NCBI GenBank assembly: GCA_977020255.1
Contig: CDROCS010003321.1
Span: 62,001 to 126,000, forward strand
Reading direction: 5' to 3'
Length of the DNA stretch: 64,000 nt
Source: Obrimoposthia wandeli
Lineage: Eukaryota
Shown: in pieces, positions 29,562 through 40,130 of the stretch
How the letters are laid out: every line of letters starts with the position of its first letter
How positions within the stretch are numbered: the first letter of the stretch is position 1
Position numbers and translations under genes: made by a program
The notes under the pieces: model-generated
What the model was told of the DNA's origin: nothing
Seen by the model: the letters and a program-made list of their open reading frames with translations, nothing else
The model's database searches: none

Positions 29562-30971
29562 GTCGCGGTAGGAATGGTCATTACTGCCTCCCCGGCACAG
29601 ATCCGGACGTGCACTACTAACGCATCCGGCTTCTACCTCGGGTATTTGGCGTAAAAACGCTGTTTAGATAAGGATGTACAATCCTAAGTTTAGGTAACCA
29701 ATATCTCATATAATACTTAAATCGCTCCCTCGTCATTCGGTGCTGTTGACTGCGTCGTCGTAAGTTTTTCAACCATAGCTGCTTAACTCCTTCTATAAAT
29801 TGCCTCTGCTTGTGACCATTGTAAGGGACGCCATAATAATTTATGTGCCCTTTCACTACTCGCCTTAGCCAGCGGCACGTCTCCCACGGTTTATCACAAA
29901 GTCGCTTTCGAAGCGCTAACTTTATCCGTTTCAGTTGAGCTAATTGTCTAGTACGTTTCGTCTTTCTCTTTACAATTACTTCACCTGACAATTTCCTGCC
30001 TATATAGTGAGTAAAACCTAGAAAATCAAACGTCCCCGGTTTAGCCCTTGACGGTTTATCTCTACATTGAGCTAGAGAAAATCGACCAAAGCGTATCAGT
30101 TTTTTTCTTAGGATGTATTTTCAAACCAAAACTCAATAGCCTATGAGTCAGACCATACTGGAAATCAAGCGCATCTTGATACGTTTGAAATCCCAGCACA
30201 GCATCATCTGCGTATCTTATGATAGTAACGTTACCACGAGCATATTTTCGTTGCTTATTCAGCAAAAGATCAAAGCTATAATGCAGGTAAATATTGGCCA
30301 ATAGTGGCGATATCACCGCTCCTTGTGGAGTGCCTATTTTTGACTGCTGTCGGTGATTATGCTCATCGACAACTCCCACTTTAATCCATTGCTTAATAAG
30401 TCGAATAATACGCTTATCACCTATTCGGTGTTCGATGAACTTTATGAGCCAGTCATGCTCTACTGTATCGAAGAACTTGCTGATACCCAAATCCAACACC
30501 CAATTTACTTTCCTTTTCATTATCGCTATATGCAATGCATCATGCTGCCCTCTGCCAGGTCGAAAATCATATGAGAAACCAAGAAAACCGGCTTCATATA
30601 TTTGATTGAGCAACCACACTATTGCTTGCTGGACGATTTTATCTTCCAAACATAAAATACTCAGCCCTCGTTCACTGCCGCCTTCTTTTGCGATAAACAT
30701 TTACCTTGCAGGCTTAGGTTTATAGCTTCCTCGCTGAAGCTTTTGGTGTAGTGCTTGGATGTTCTCTTCCAAAGATGACGTATAATCATGCCACGTTACT
30801 CCGTCACACCCAGCTGCCGCCCCACGCTTAAATTGAAGGAAATTCTGGCGAAGTAGATCTACGTTTATATGATGGTAAAGGTTGGTAAACTGTTGCTTCT
30901 TATCTTTCTTTGCGGCATTTCGCACACCCCGCAAGCGAGACATCACATTATCCCAGCTCTGAGTCTGACTG
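29562..30971 (-). mobile_element. Group II intron, 5'-truncated, with frameshifted RT
   Basis: DV GAAGCCGGATGCGTTAGTAGTGCACGTCCGGATC (29633-29600) and DVI ending CTACCGCGAC at 29562; RT fragments upstream. Confidence 0.88.
29633..30971 (-). pseudogene. Group II intron reverse transcriptase/maturase, at least 3 frameshifts
   Basis: Fragments AAAGCDGV, EDKIVQ, GTPQGAVISPLLANIYLH, RYADD, TFDFLGFTH, GHINYYGVP, RRRSQ, ...YAKYPR* in different frames. Confidence 0.9.
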
Positions 30972-31235
30972 TTACCCGATTGATAATAATCGTGCGGAAA
31001 ACAGCGTACCTCCGTGCGTGATAGGTCGCAAAAACTGGCTGTTTAGTGCAAGTCAAAAAGAGGCTAAAAGTAGTGCTAACTTATATAGCATTATAGATAC
31101 AGCCAAAGCCAATGGTTTAGAACCATACTGTTATCTAAAATTACTCTTTACCCAATTACCTTCAGCTGAAACGTTAGAAGATATCGACGCTCTACTGCCT
31201 TGGAACTGCAAGGGTGTAGTTACTTAGCCGCTTAC
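30972..31235 (+). mobile_element. IS66 right-end remnant (TnpC C-terminus plus right IR)
   Basis: YPIDNNRAEN...GRKNWLF...AKANGLEP...LLPWN; ends CCGCTTAC (revcomp GTAAGCGG); no left end. Confidence 0.85.
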
Positions 31236-31768
31236 TCACGTAATTTAGCTTTGTAATCCATCGCTCATCTGAACTGATGAGTATCTCTAGGCTGCATCAC
31301 TTTACGCCGGTCATCTAAATTGATGCCTAAAAGCGATAATATAGGAGTAAGGCAATCGCCTATCGAGCCACGCTTTCCCTCTATTACGAGTCTGCCATTC
31401 CAAGGTATTTGATCTTTTAAATATTCGTCTTTAAGCAAGAACTCTTTAAGGGATAACTCTGACTTTTTCTGCTCAGCAGCTTTAAATTTAACGAATGTGT
31501 CGATGATTGGTTTTTATCTATTCGCTGATTTATTGATGTGATCTCTGACCTTTCTGGTGTGCCAGCCATCTGAACTCTTATTGGATTTATCCCTATACAA
31601 GCTTTTTGATCATTTATATAGTCGCTATTAAAAGCTATTTAAGTTTACTCGTTTTTAATATATAGCCATAGGAACTCATCGTTGCTAATGTAGTCACATT
31701 CGCATATATGTATCACCTTTAAATGTCATCTTTGTTTAAATACTGAGATTTGCCTGGAGTAATTAATA

Positions 31769-32380
31769 ATGTCCTCAACTTTATTTTATGTACATGATCC
31801 AATGTGTAGCTGGTGCTGGGGGCACTACCCGCAATGGCAACTGTTACAAAAAAACTTGCCTAAGTCTGTTAGTGTAAAAAACGTCGTCGGTGGTTTGGCA
31901 CCTGATAGCGATGAGACCATGCCATTAGCTCAACAAGCGGCAATAGCAGGTTATTGGAAAAACATAGAAAACCTGCTCGGCACCCAATTCAATCATGACT
32001 TTTGGCAGGAAAACTCGCCGCGCAGATCAACTTATCCAGCTTGCAGAGCCGTTATTGCAGCACGTTGGCAAGATGCAGAAGAGCGGATGATATTGGCATT
32101 ACAAGAAGCGTATTATCTAAAAGCCAAGAACCCTTCTGATATATCTACACATCTTAATTTAGCCACTGAACTAGGCCTTGATTACGAGAAGTTTGCAGCC
32201 GATCTTAACTCAGAAAAACTAGATCGTGCTTTTTATGAAGAGCTACAGTTTGCTCACAGTTTACCAATAAACGGTTTTCCATCCATGGTGTTACAACATA
32301 ATGAGGAAATGTATGTCATACCTCTTGATTATAAAGACTATAAGGGCGGACTTAAGGCCATCACTGACATTATTACTTAG
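31769..32380 (+). CDS. DsbA/FrnE-like thioredoxin-fold protein
   Basis: HDPMCSWCWG, TYPACRAV, INGFPS. Confidence 0.88.
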   Translation: MSSTLFYVHDPMCSWCWGHYPQWQLLQKNLPKSVSVKNVVGGLAPDSDETMPLAQQAAIAGYWKNIENLLGTQFNHDFWQENSPRRSTYPACRAVIAARWQDAEERMILALQEAYYLKAKNPSDISTHLNLATELGLDYEKFAADLNSEKLDRAFYEELQFAHSLPINGFPSMVLQHNEEMYVIPLDYKDYKGGLKAITDIIT

Positions 32381-32388
32381 ATGAAGCC

Positions 32389-32421
32389 CATTATGAATTA
32401 GGCTTAGCCTAATTCATAATG
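32389..32421. terminator. Perfect 15-bp-stem hairpin between convergent genes
   Basis: CATTATGAATTAGGC-TTA-GCCTAATTCATAATG. Confidence 0.55.
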
Positions 32422-32615
32422 TCTCTGAATGCCCTTAAATGCAGCGTTACCTATAAATCAGCAATAAAATCAGCCTAAAGCAGCAAGATTATTAGATAAT
32501 AGACAGTTATTGACCACTGTATCAAACTGTTTTAATTTTGGTTTCTGATCCTTTTGATCGAGGGTTCTAACCCCTCCAAGCACACCCTTTTTTTTACCCC
32601 ACTTACCCTCTAACG

Positions 32616-33575
32616 TTATATTTCTTTGCCATTAGCAATACGCACCATTTCTTTGCCTAGCCATGAAATATAATCCCAAACGTGATTTGTAGACATCTTT
32701 TTATCAGGCAATACAAATTGAAAAATTCGTTCACAAGGTAAGCTTTGCTCAAATGGGGCGATTAAGAAGCCCTCTTTGATTGCATCACAAATATATAAAT
32801 CGCGCAAAATTGCCATACCTCTTCCTGCAATTGCACTTTTAAGTATCAAATCAGCATTGTTAAAACTAAGCTGCTGGTTTAATAAGCCAGTAAAATTAGG
32901 CGTAAATGCTGTGAGGTATTTTTGCCAATAGAAAGTATCTTCTTCATGTATCAATTGCATGTTGAGTAAAACTAAGGGGGATAAAAAACCATCACAGGCA
33001 CTCTTTGAATGATGCTTAGCTAAATAATCAGGAGAACAAACCACGCGCATTCTTTCATTGGGTACTGGTATCAATGGATTTGACGTGGTGATTGCAGTAT
33101 CAATCTCTAATCGAGGTAATAGCCTTAGCGTTACATCAATTCCTTCATTAGCAAAGTCAGTGTAGCGGTTCGACGCATTCAATTTTATATCAATATTAGG
33201 ATGTAATTGGCAAAAATCGTCCAATATTGAGACCAATACAATAGAGGCAAATGAAGTAGCCACCCCAATAGATAAAGGCTTAACTCTACTCTTTTGGCTC
33301 AAGTAAAATGATAAATCATCTATGCTTGATGTAATGGTCGATATTTGTGGGTAAGTATCGTGAACTAGTTCAGAAGGCTCTAGCTTTCTTCCTTTTTTAT
33401 GGAATAATTTAGCATCCCATCGCAACTCTAATTGTTTGATATGATAAGAAATTGTCGGTTGGGAAACATTTAACTCTAAAGCCGCAGCGGACACAGAGCC
33501 CAATCTAGCAACAGCTTCAAGTGCTCGAATTTCTGGTAATGTGGGAACAAAGTGTTGTGGAGTTTTCATTATCAA
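32616..33575 (-). CDS. LysR family regulator (GcvA-like)
   Basis: HTH SVSAAALELNVSQPTISYHIKQLE; substrate-binding domain. Confidence 0.92.
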   Translation of the reverse strand: MIMKTPQHFVPTLPEIRALEAVARLGSVSAAALELNVSQPTISYHIKQLELRWDAKLFHKKGRKLEPSELVHDTYPQISTITSSIDDLSFYLSQKSRVKPLSIGVATSFASIVLVSILDDFCQLHPNIDIKLNASNRYTDFANEGIDVTLRLLPRLEIDTAITTSNPLIPVPNERMRVVCSPDYLAKHHSKSACDGFLSPLVLLNMQLIHEEDTFYWQKYLTAFTPNFTGLLNQQLSFNNADLILKSAIAGRGMAILRDLYICDAIKEGFLIAPFEQSLPCERIFQFVLPDKKMSTNHVWDYISWLGKEMVRIANGKEI

Positions 33576-33852
33576 AGCATAGAGTTTTTCTATATATAGA
33601 TCAATATAACTGAATTGTTTTAGTCACTTTTAGCCCTTAAAGTGCGTTGAGACTTTAGCATAAATACTATATTTGCAAATATGTGGTTAAAAACGAACTC
33701 AAAGTGCGCACTTGCTCTAGTAACACCCATGAAGAGGGGCACACTGACTCCGCTGTTTTGCTTTGTTTGTTTTTTCTTAGTCTTTGCTGCATTCATCACG
33801 TTATGAATAGGTCTCGCTTTATCACCTGTCTTAATCCTTTGGAGATTAGAAA

Positions 33853-34683
33853 ATGAAAAAAATAATTAAAAATGTTCTATTAAGTTCTGCAATGATGGCC
33901 GCTTGCATAAGCTCTAGTGTCTTTGCAGGTAAAGTGCTGGATACTGTTAATCAAAAGCAGTTATTAGTGGTGGCAACAAATTCTGATTATCGACCTAACT
34001 CTTTTTTGGGTGATAAAAATGAGCTAGAAGGCTTTGATATTGATGTATCCCGCGAGGTAGCAAAGCGTTTAGGAGTAAAGATAAAGTTTGTTACTCCAGG
34101 TTGGGAAATTATGACGGCAGGGCGTTGGGTAGGCCGCTGGCATATGGCTGTTGGATCAATGACACCCACCAAAAAGCGTGCACAAGTATTGGACTTTCCT
34201 GCTGTTTATTATTTTACTCCTGCAGGAGTCGCTGTGCATAAAGATGCAAAACTACAAAAGATTGCAGACCTCAATGGTAAAAAAATCGGCGTTGTATCTA
34301 CCTCTACTTACCATCGTTATCTTGAGAAAAAGTTGGAAATTGACGCAATAGGTACACCACCCTTTGAATATCAAATTAATCCAGGTGAAGTACGTTTGTA
34401 TGGTGATGTAAATGAATTTGATGACCTTTCATTAGGTGAAGGAGTACGTTTAGATGCAGTTGTACAGTCTATTCCGGTCATTAAACAAGCCATCGAAAAA
34501 GGGTTACCTGTCAAGTTATTGGGTGCGCCAATTTTTTATGAGCCCCTCGCTATCGCAATCGATAAAGGTGATGCTGAATTTGGTCATAAGGTAGCAAGCG
34601 TTATCGAAAAAATGAAAGCTGACGGTACTTTATCTCACTTGTCGACCAAGTGGCATGGCACTGATTACGTGACGGTTAAATAA
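33853..34683 (+). CDS. Polar amino-acid ABC transporter periplasmic binding protein
   Basis: Signal peptide; GFDIDVSREVAKRLGV, SMTPTKKR, LSTKW. Confidence 0.92.
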   Translation: MKKIIKNVLLSSAMMAACISSSVFAGKVLDTVNQKQLLVVATNSDYRPNSFLGDKNELEGFDIDVSREVAKRLGVKIKFVTPGWEIMTAGRWVGRWHMAVGSMTPTKKRAQVLDFPAVYYFTPAGVAVHKDAKLQKIADLNGKKIGVVSTSTYHRYLEKKLEIDAIGTPPFEYQINPGEVRLYGDVNEFDDLSLGEGVRLDAVVQSIPVIKQAIEKGLPVKLLGAPIFYEPLAIAIDKGDAEFGHKVASVIEKMKADGTLSHLSTKWHGTDYVTVK

Positions 34684-34808
34684 TTATAGAACATATTTTA
34701 TGAGTCTTTTGCATGAAGTAGGAACCACAATATTCGTGCAAATGCCTCACTTGATTTCAATATTTCTTCAATCATAAACTTATAACCCGTTCTGTCCTTA
34801 GGTCTGCT

Positions 34809-35786
34809 ATGAATAATTCAATATTAAATATCTCTTTTAATAAGGGTGCTGCAAGAGTAAAAGCTGCATTAGTCTTAGGAGGGGTTTCATTTTTGTTAGG
34901 CATTGTCTTGTCGGCAAATGCTACGTTTATTGGCAACTTACTGTTAGTGGCAATGAACAGTGAAGCACTTGCTGGTGGGTGGGGCTTGTTTTCGTCAGCA
35001 TTAGTTGCAGGTATTGTTATTAGTGCATTGTCTTATGCACTATTTGGGCTACCAGATAAATTACAAGCTTGGATTGTATGGGGGCTACTGGCAATGGGAG
35101 CTTTTGCTAGCTTTTACTCATTTGATCTCAGTTTTAGCTTTATCAGTAGCAAAGTGCCTTTTCTGATTTCTCAAGGCGCAGTTACAACCCTTTATGTATC
35201 AGCCATATCGATTGTTCTGGCATTTACGTTTGCCATGCTGGGGGCGACAGCTAAGTTATCTGGCGTATCAGTTTTAAAAGGTGTGGGTGATTTTTATACG
35301 TCTTATTTTAGAGGCGTGCCCTTATTAGTGCAGTTGTTTTTAATCTATTTAGGCCTTCCTCAACTCGGTATCATCGTATCTCCTATTCCTGCGGCTATTA
35401 TCGCTTTGTCATTGGTTTATGGAGCATATATGACTGAAATTTTTCGTTCAGGCATTCAATCTATTGCCCAAGGGCAATGGGAAGCTGCAGATGCTCTTGG
35501 TTTAGCTCGATTGAGAACCTTTCAAAAAGTGATACTGCCGCAAGCTATGCGTTTAATAGTGCCGCCAACCGGTAATCAATTTATCGCTATGTTAAAAGAT
35601 TCATCCTTAGTGTCTGTTGTAGGTGTTTGGGACATCATGTTTATTGCCCGTACTCAAGGCAGAGCTGACTTTAAAATACTAGAAATGTTGATTACTGCTT
35701 CCGTTATTTATTGGCTGATGTCGATAGTATTAGAAATGCTGCAACAGCGTATAGAAGCTCACTATTCAAAATCTTTGAAGCACTAA
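34809..35786 (+). CDS. Polar amino-acid ABC transporter permease
   Basis: FRGVPLLVQLF, EAA loop (EIFRSGIQSIAQGQWEAADALGL), LKDSSL. Confidence 0.92.
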   Translation: MNNSILNISFNKGAARVKAALVLGGVSFLLGIVLSANATFIGNLLLVAMNSEALAGGWGLFSSALVAGIVISALSYALFGLPDKLQAWIVWGLLAMGAFASFYSFDLSFSFISSKVPFLISQGAVTTLYVSAISIVLAFTFAMLGATAKLSGVSVLKGVGDFYTSYFRGVPLLVQLFLIYLGLPQLGIIVSPIPAAIIALSLVYGAYMTEIFRSGIQSIAQGQWEAADALGLARLRTFQKVILPQAMRLIVPPTGNQFIAMLKDSSLVSVVGVWDIMFIARTQGRADFKILEMLITASVIYWLMSIVLEMLQQRIEAHYSKSLKH

Positions 35787-35819
35787 TTCTCATTGCTAAC
35801 TTTTAATAGAGCCACCTTT

Positions 35820-36620
35820 ATGAATTCATCTCTAAAAATTAATGATGCTAAACCTCAGTTAGACCAAGTAAGTAATAAGTGCACACCTTTGGTTGGAGTT
35901 TTAGCCAATACCGATAAGTCACAAGAGTTAGTGGCACAAACTATTGATAATAAATATTTACTTGCAGCGATTAATGGAGCCGGTGCTACGCCGATTATTA
36001 TCCCAACCATATTGTCACAAACGCATTTGCAACGATTATTTGATTTGGTTGATGGCATCATACTCACCGGAGATGCATCCAACATAGACCCAAAACTTTA
36101 TGGAGAAGCTGGAGATGAAAACTCCCACGGACCTTTTGATCAAAACAGAGATTCATCAGCTCTTTGGCTAATTAAGCAAGCCTTAAAAATAGACAAGCCA
36201 ATATTGGGTATTTGCCGGGGCATGCAGGAAATGAATGTTGCTTTAGGCGGTACACTACAAACAGGTATCATTGAAGAAGCGAATTACAAAGATCATAAAA
36301 AAATTGATTATCAACTATCAGCTGAACAGCGCTACAGCCACTCTCATCTAGCTAGCTTATCAAAAGAGGGTGTATTGAAAGAAGTTTTGTCAGTAGATGA
36401 AATAGCAGTTAATTCTCTTCATGAACAGGCTGTTGCCAAGCTCGGTGAAGGACTAATTCTAGACGCAAGCTCGGAAGACGATTTGATTGAAGCTTTTCAT
36501 CACCCTAAGATGAAATTCTTTTTAGGAGTTCAATGGCATGTAGAATATGCCATTGATAGTGACCCAGTTTCAAGTGAGATATTGGCTGCTTTTACTCGTA
36601 GCCTTACGGTTCATTGTTAA
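35820..36620 (+). CDS. puuD: Gamma-glutamyl-gamma-aminobutyrate hydrolase family (peptidase C26)
   Basis: PILGICRGMQEMNVALGG, VNSLHEQA, LGVQWHVE; ATG at 35820 preferred over TTG at 35793; symbol is family-level. Confidence 0.85.
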   Translation: MNSSLKINDAKPQLDQVSNKCTPLVGVLANTDKSQELVAQTIDNKYLLAAINGAGATPIIIPTILSQTHLQRLFDLVDGIILTGDASNIDPKLYGEAGDENSHGPFDQNRDSSALWLIKQALKIDKPILGICRGMQEMNVALGGTLQTGIIEEANYKDHKKIDYQLSAEQRYSHSHLASLSKEGVLKEVLSVDEIAVNSLHEQAVAKLGEGLILDASSEDDLIEAFHHPKMKFFLGVQWHVEYAIDSDPVSSEILAAFTRSLTVHC

Positions 36621-36679
36621 AAACGAAAAGCTATTCATAATCAGAATCTATCGTATCGTTCTGTTTAATTGATTGAGGC

Positions 36680-37115
36680 ACCATGAAAGCAGCAGCACCC
36701 GCACGTTTGTTTTTAAGCGCATCATCCTGTTGAATTGCTTTTTTTAACTGTTCTGTTTTTTCTGTTCCAGTTTGATCAGATCCAGAACCTTCTGCTGCAT
36801 TAAAACATGCACAAAGCTATAGGCGAATACTATACCGATTAATTTCAGATTATCTTTTACTAGCCTGCACTCTTTACGACGATCCTCATGACTCACTAGG
36901 TACACCGGTAAATGTTATCCCAAAGATAAGTGCTGACGGTGCAGATCTCACTAAAAGGAGCAGTTTGTACAGTACCTAAAGATGGCGTAGACGGAATACT
37001 TATTCAACTGTAGCGCACAAGTCAGTAGCTTCAATGTACTCGCCACGTCTAAAAGCATCATCAAGTAAGAAGACAACACCTGAGATAACAGTTTGGTATA
37101 ATTTTTGAACACCAC
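36680..37115 (-). pseudogene. MscS mechanosensitive channel fragment
   Basis: Minus strand GVQKLYQTVISGVVFLLDDAFRRGEYIEAT..TVE* then GTVQTAPFSEI, and later GIVFAYSFVHV; stops, frameshifts and deletions. Confidence 0.6.
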
Positions 37116-37232
37116 TGTGGGCAGTTTAAGCTAACTTTTTATGACGAAGCCTAACGATCTTTTCATCGTTAGTGCCCACATTAGATTATTTATGGGCCGG
37201 ATTAAATTGAACAAAACTAACGTAGTACTCTT

Positions 37233-37712
37233 TTAGCTTTTTTGTTGCGCCAGGACATAGTTAGCGGCCTCATCATCTAAACAGCTTTTTGAAATATAAC
37301 TCGCACCTTTAGTGTGGCGAATAATCAAGCCGAGATCTGTTTGCTCTAACGCCGTAATTTCTTGCCATTTAATCGTTTCATTAACGTGTATCGAGCTATT
37401 ATTAACGCCCTCTTGGTTGATCAGCATGGTGACTTTACTGTTATACGATTTACCCAGCATTTGTCGCCAAAGCCACCAAGTTTTACGATAACGGGTACTA
37501 AGAGCTTCTAGGATTCCCAGTGAAATCACAAAATAGGCAATATAGTCACTGGCTAGTTTAAGCACTAATAAGCTAACACCAAATACAAGTGAGATAATAG
37601 CTCGCTTATAATCTAAAATAGATATATCCGTCGCTACAGATTGCTCATAACACTCACTTAAATGCGCTTTGTTAAGTGTAATGGTAGTGCTAAAAGAATA
37701 TGCATCTGTCAT
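37233..37712 (-). CDS. YcxB family membrane protein
   Basis: Two TM helices followed by IKWQEI...YISKS soluble domain. Confidence 0.7.
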   Translation of the reverse strand: MTDAYSFSTTITLNKAHLSECYEQSVATDISILDYKRAIISLVFGVSLLVLKLASDYIAYFVISLGILEALSTRYRKTWWLWRQMLGKSYNSKVTMLINQEGVNNSSIHVNETIKWQEITALEQTDLGLIIRHTKGASYISKSCLDDEAANYVLAQQKS

Positions 37713-37841
37713 GCCAAGCTCCGTTATTTAATGATTCTAAGTAGCGCCATACAATACCGACTTTAATGACAACAACAACTGATAAATTCACTTTTAAGAT
37801 CTATAACGATCCACTGGATAAAATTTTTAGCTTAGTTCTTC

Positions 37842-38492
37842 TCAAGCACGTAAAACAAAGCTCTCCCCTAAAAAAGTTTTTACAGGGTTTCCACGCTCTA
37901 CCTCCCAGTGCTGTTGCCATCGAGATTTTTCTTGTTGTGTCATTTTCTCAAGCTTTGACTCTTCTAACTTTTGATACAACAATGCAATTGCAATGCGTTT
38001 ATTTGCATGCTGGCTTCGCTCGCTTTCAACACGAACACAAATCCCGGTTTGTGTATGCGTTGCTCTAATTGCTGAATCTGTTGTATTAACGTGTTGCCCG
38101 CCAGCACCTGATGCTCTACAAGCTTGAAAGGTAATCCCTTTATCAAATGCAGCTTCATCTACTTGATACATTTGACCGCTGAAAAACCAATTCTTGCGCT
38201 TGTGTTTTGGCCGATACTTACTTTGGCAAACCCACAGCATAGCGCCTTGCCACGATTGCGCTAATTGCTGCACTTGCTCATAATTTACGGATCTAGCGTC
38301 ACCTATATCAAGTTTCAAAAGAACAGACTTAAAGCAGCCGCGATTTTTGGTTTCAACACACTCCACAATGCTTAGCTCTACTCCATTTTCCCGACATTGT
38401 TTATCGATGGTCTTTAACGCTAACCCAATCGCTTGCGCGCATTCAACAGGGCCATGCCCTGCTGATAGTTGCAGTAATATCATGATGAACAC
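37842..38492 (-). CDS. prfH: Peptide chain release factor H
   Basis: [33 protein letters not shown] (GGQ), RSQHANK; overlaps the rtcB stop. Confidence 0.93.
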   Translation of the reverse strand: MFIMILLQLSAGHGPVECAQAIGLALKTIDKQCRENGVELSIVECVETKNRGCFKSVLLKLDIGDARSVNYEQVQQLAQSWQGAMLWVCQSKYRPKHKRKNWFFSGQMYQVDEAAFDKGITFQACRASGAGGQHVNTTDSAIRATHTQTGICVRVESERSQHANKRIAIALLYQKLEESKLEKMTQQEKSRWQQHWEVERGNPVKTFLGESFVLRA

Positions 38493-39670
38493 GCTCCATT
38501 TGTTTTAAAGGTTAAAACTGGGCGCATTTTTGCTACAACTTCAATTAATCCAGCATCCACCATATCTTTGATAACCGTTTCACATTTTTTATAAGCTTGA
38601 GGGGCTTCATCATATAAAAGCTCCTTATTCGCGCAAACTACGCGACTCCCTAGTGCTGTTTTATATAAATCCTCACGCTTAAATTTATGACCTAAACGCG
38701 CATGACACTCACCGCGTTTCCATTTTCTGCCAGCGCCGTGTGCTAGCGAAAATAAGCTCTCACTTAAATTTTCAATCGCTGCGTGTGTGTTAGCTGTCGG
38801 TTGCAACGATAGCGGTTTTACTAAATAACTGTAGTCGCCACGCGAACCTGGAATAACCACGTACCCCTTATCACTTGGTGTAGCACCTTTACGGTGCAAC
38901 CAGCCGTGAGAGTCTTCAATGTTTTTAGCGCTAACCAAATTGTGATTAATATCTAAAGCGCACTCACCGTTCGCTCTAATAGCGTCTAGAAAACGCTTGG
39001 CAATTAACTCACGATTTAATTCAGCCCAACGTACAGCCTCATCATGCTTTGTCATATAAACATCAAAGTCAAGGTCATCAACATTTAACCCATCGTGATT
39101 ATGCCGCGTTATATGTTCAACTAAAATAGATTGGCCAAAGCCTCTTGATCCCGAATGAACGAGTAGCTGCAAGTGTTTGATATCCAAACCTAACTCATCT
39201 AAAACTGTTGGCTCATAAACCTCTTCAATCGCTTGGAACTCAGCAAAATGATTACCACCTCCAATGGTACCTAAGGCACGATCAAAACTATCTGTGGTAA
39301 TACCTTTATCCTGTTTAGCTTGTTCAATAATACAAGCCCAACTTTCGTCTAATGGCTGTTCAACATGTTTAAATTTTTTTGCCATTTTTTCCAAATTGAC
39401 TTTAGAGACTTTCGCTGATGTGTGCCAAAATGACATACCGCAACCAATATCGTTTCCGACCAATGCTGGGTAAATTTTATTGGTTGTAAAAAATGCGGCC
39501 CCTATCGGGTAACCTCTTCCTGGATGCAAATCAGGCATGCCCACAACACGTTGCATACCTGCTAATTCTGATGTTTTTATCAGTTGCTCTATCGCTAACC
39601 CCTCTATCCACGTATTTGCAGAAGCTATAAGGTTAACTTTCTCTGTGATTTTTTGGACACATTTGTCCAT
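38480..39670 (-). CDS. rtcB: RtcB family RNA ligase (PrfH-associated RtcB2 type)
   Basis: [47 protein letters not shown]. Confidence 0.95.
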   Translation of the reverse strand: MDKCVQKITEKVNLIASANTWIEGLAIEQLIKTSELAGMQRVVGMPDLHPGRGYPIGAAFFTTNKIYPALVGNDIGCGMSFWHTSAKVSKVNLEKMAKKFKHVEQPLDESWACIIEQAKQDKGITTDSFDRALGTIGGGNHFAEFQAIEEVYEPTVLDELGLDIKHLQLLVHSGSRGFGQSILVEHITRHNHDGLNVDDLDFDVYMTKHDEAVRWAELNRELIAKRFLDAIRANGECALDINHNLVSAKNIEDSHGWLHRKGATPSDKGYVVIPGSRGDYSYLVKPLSLQPTANTHAAIENLSESLFSLAHGAGRKWKRGECHARLGHKFKREDLYKTALGSRVVCANKELLYDEAPQAYKKCETVIKDMVDAGLIEVVAKMRPVLTFKTNGACSS

Positions 39671-39854
39671 AATACCAATTCCTTGCTATTTATTTAGAAA
39701 ATAAGGATGTAAACGTAAAACGTATTGGCAGGTCGATAGGTGCAAACAAATGAATGTAACAAGATTAAACAACGGGCGTTTATAGCTTATGTTTAAAGCG
39801 TTTAGACTTTCTAGATTTAATGTTTAGTTAAAAAAGAAGCTAACTACACGTATC

Positions 39855-39896
39855 TTATTGGGTAAGACCTGCAAAGGATGTCGATGTAATTGTCAT
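39855..39896 (-). CDS. Putative leader peptide MTITSTSFAGLTQ upstream of rtcB
   Basis: AAGGAG RBS 8 nt before ATG, TAA at 39855-39857; not in the ORF track because too short. Confidence 0.6.
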   Translation of the reverse strand: MTITSTSFAGLTQ

Positions 39897-40130
39897 AATT
39901 TATTCTCCTTTTACAGTTAGTTGATTGATCCACCCATAACGAATGAGTAGATGTATATTGAAGACCTGCATATTAAATAAACAAAACGGATAAAGCAACC
40001 GCTAATTCGATTAATAAATACTCAAACATACTGTGATTGCCATTATCTATTCTTAATAAGGAGGCGCTTAAGCCTCCTTTGTTACACTAATCAAATATTG
40101 ATAATTTAGGCTTTGCCTTGTTTATCTCTA

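Noticed and set aside
30910-30971. N-terminal part of the 105-aa plus-strand ORF
   Set aside because: It is the antisense of the intron RT start; only 30972 onward is IS66 TnpC
29562-30971. attC-targeting class C intron linking the intron to the cassette-like array
   Set aside because: The 3' flank is another intron's ORF rather than an attC site; class not determined without phylogeny
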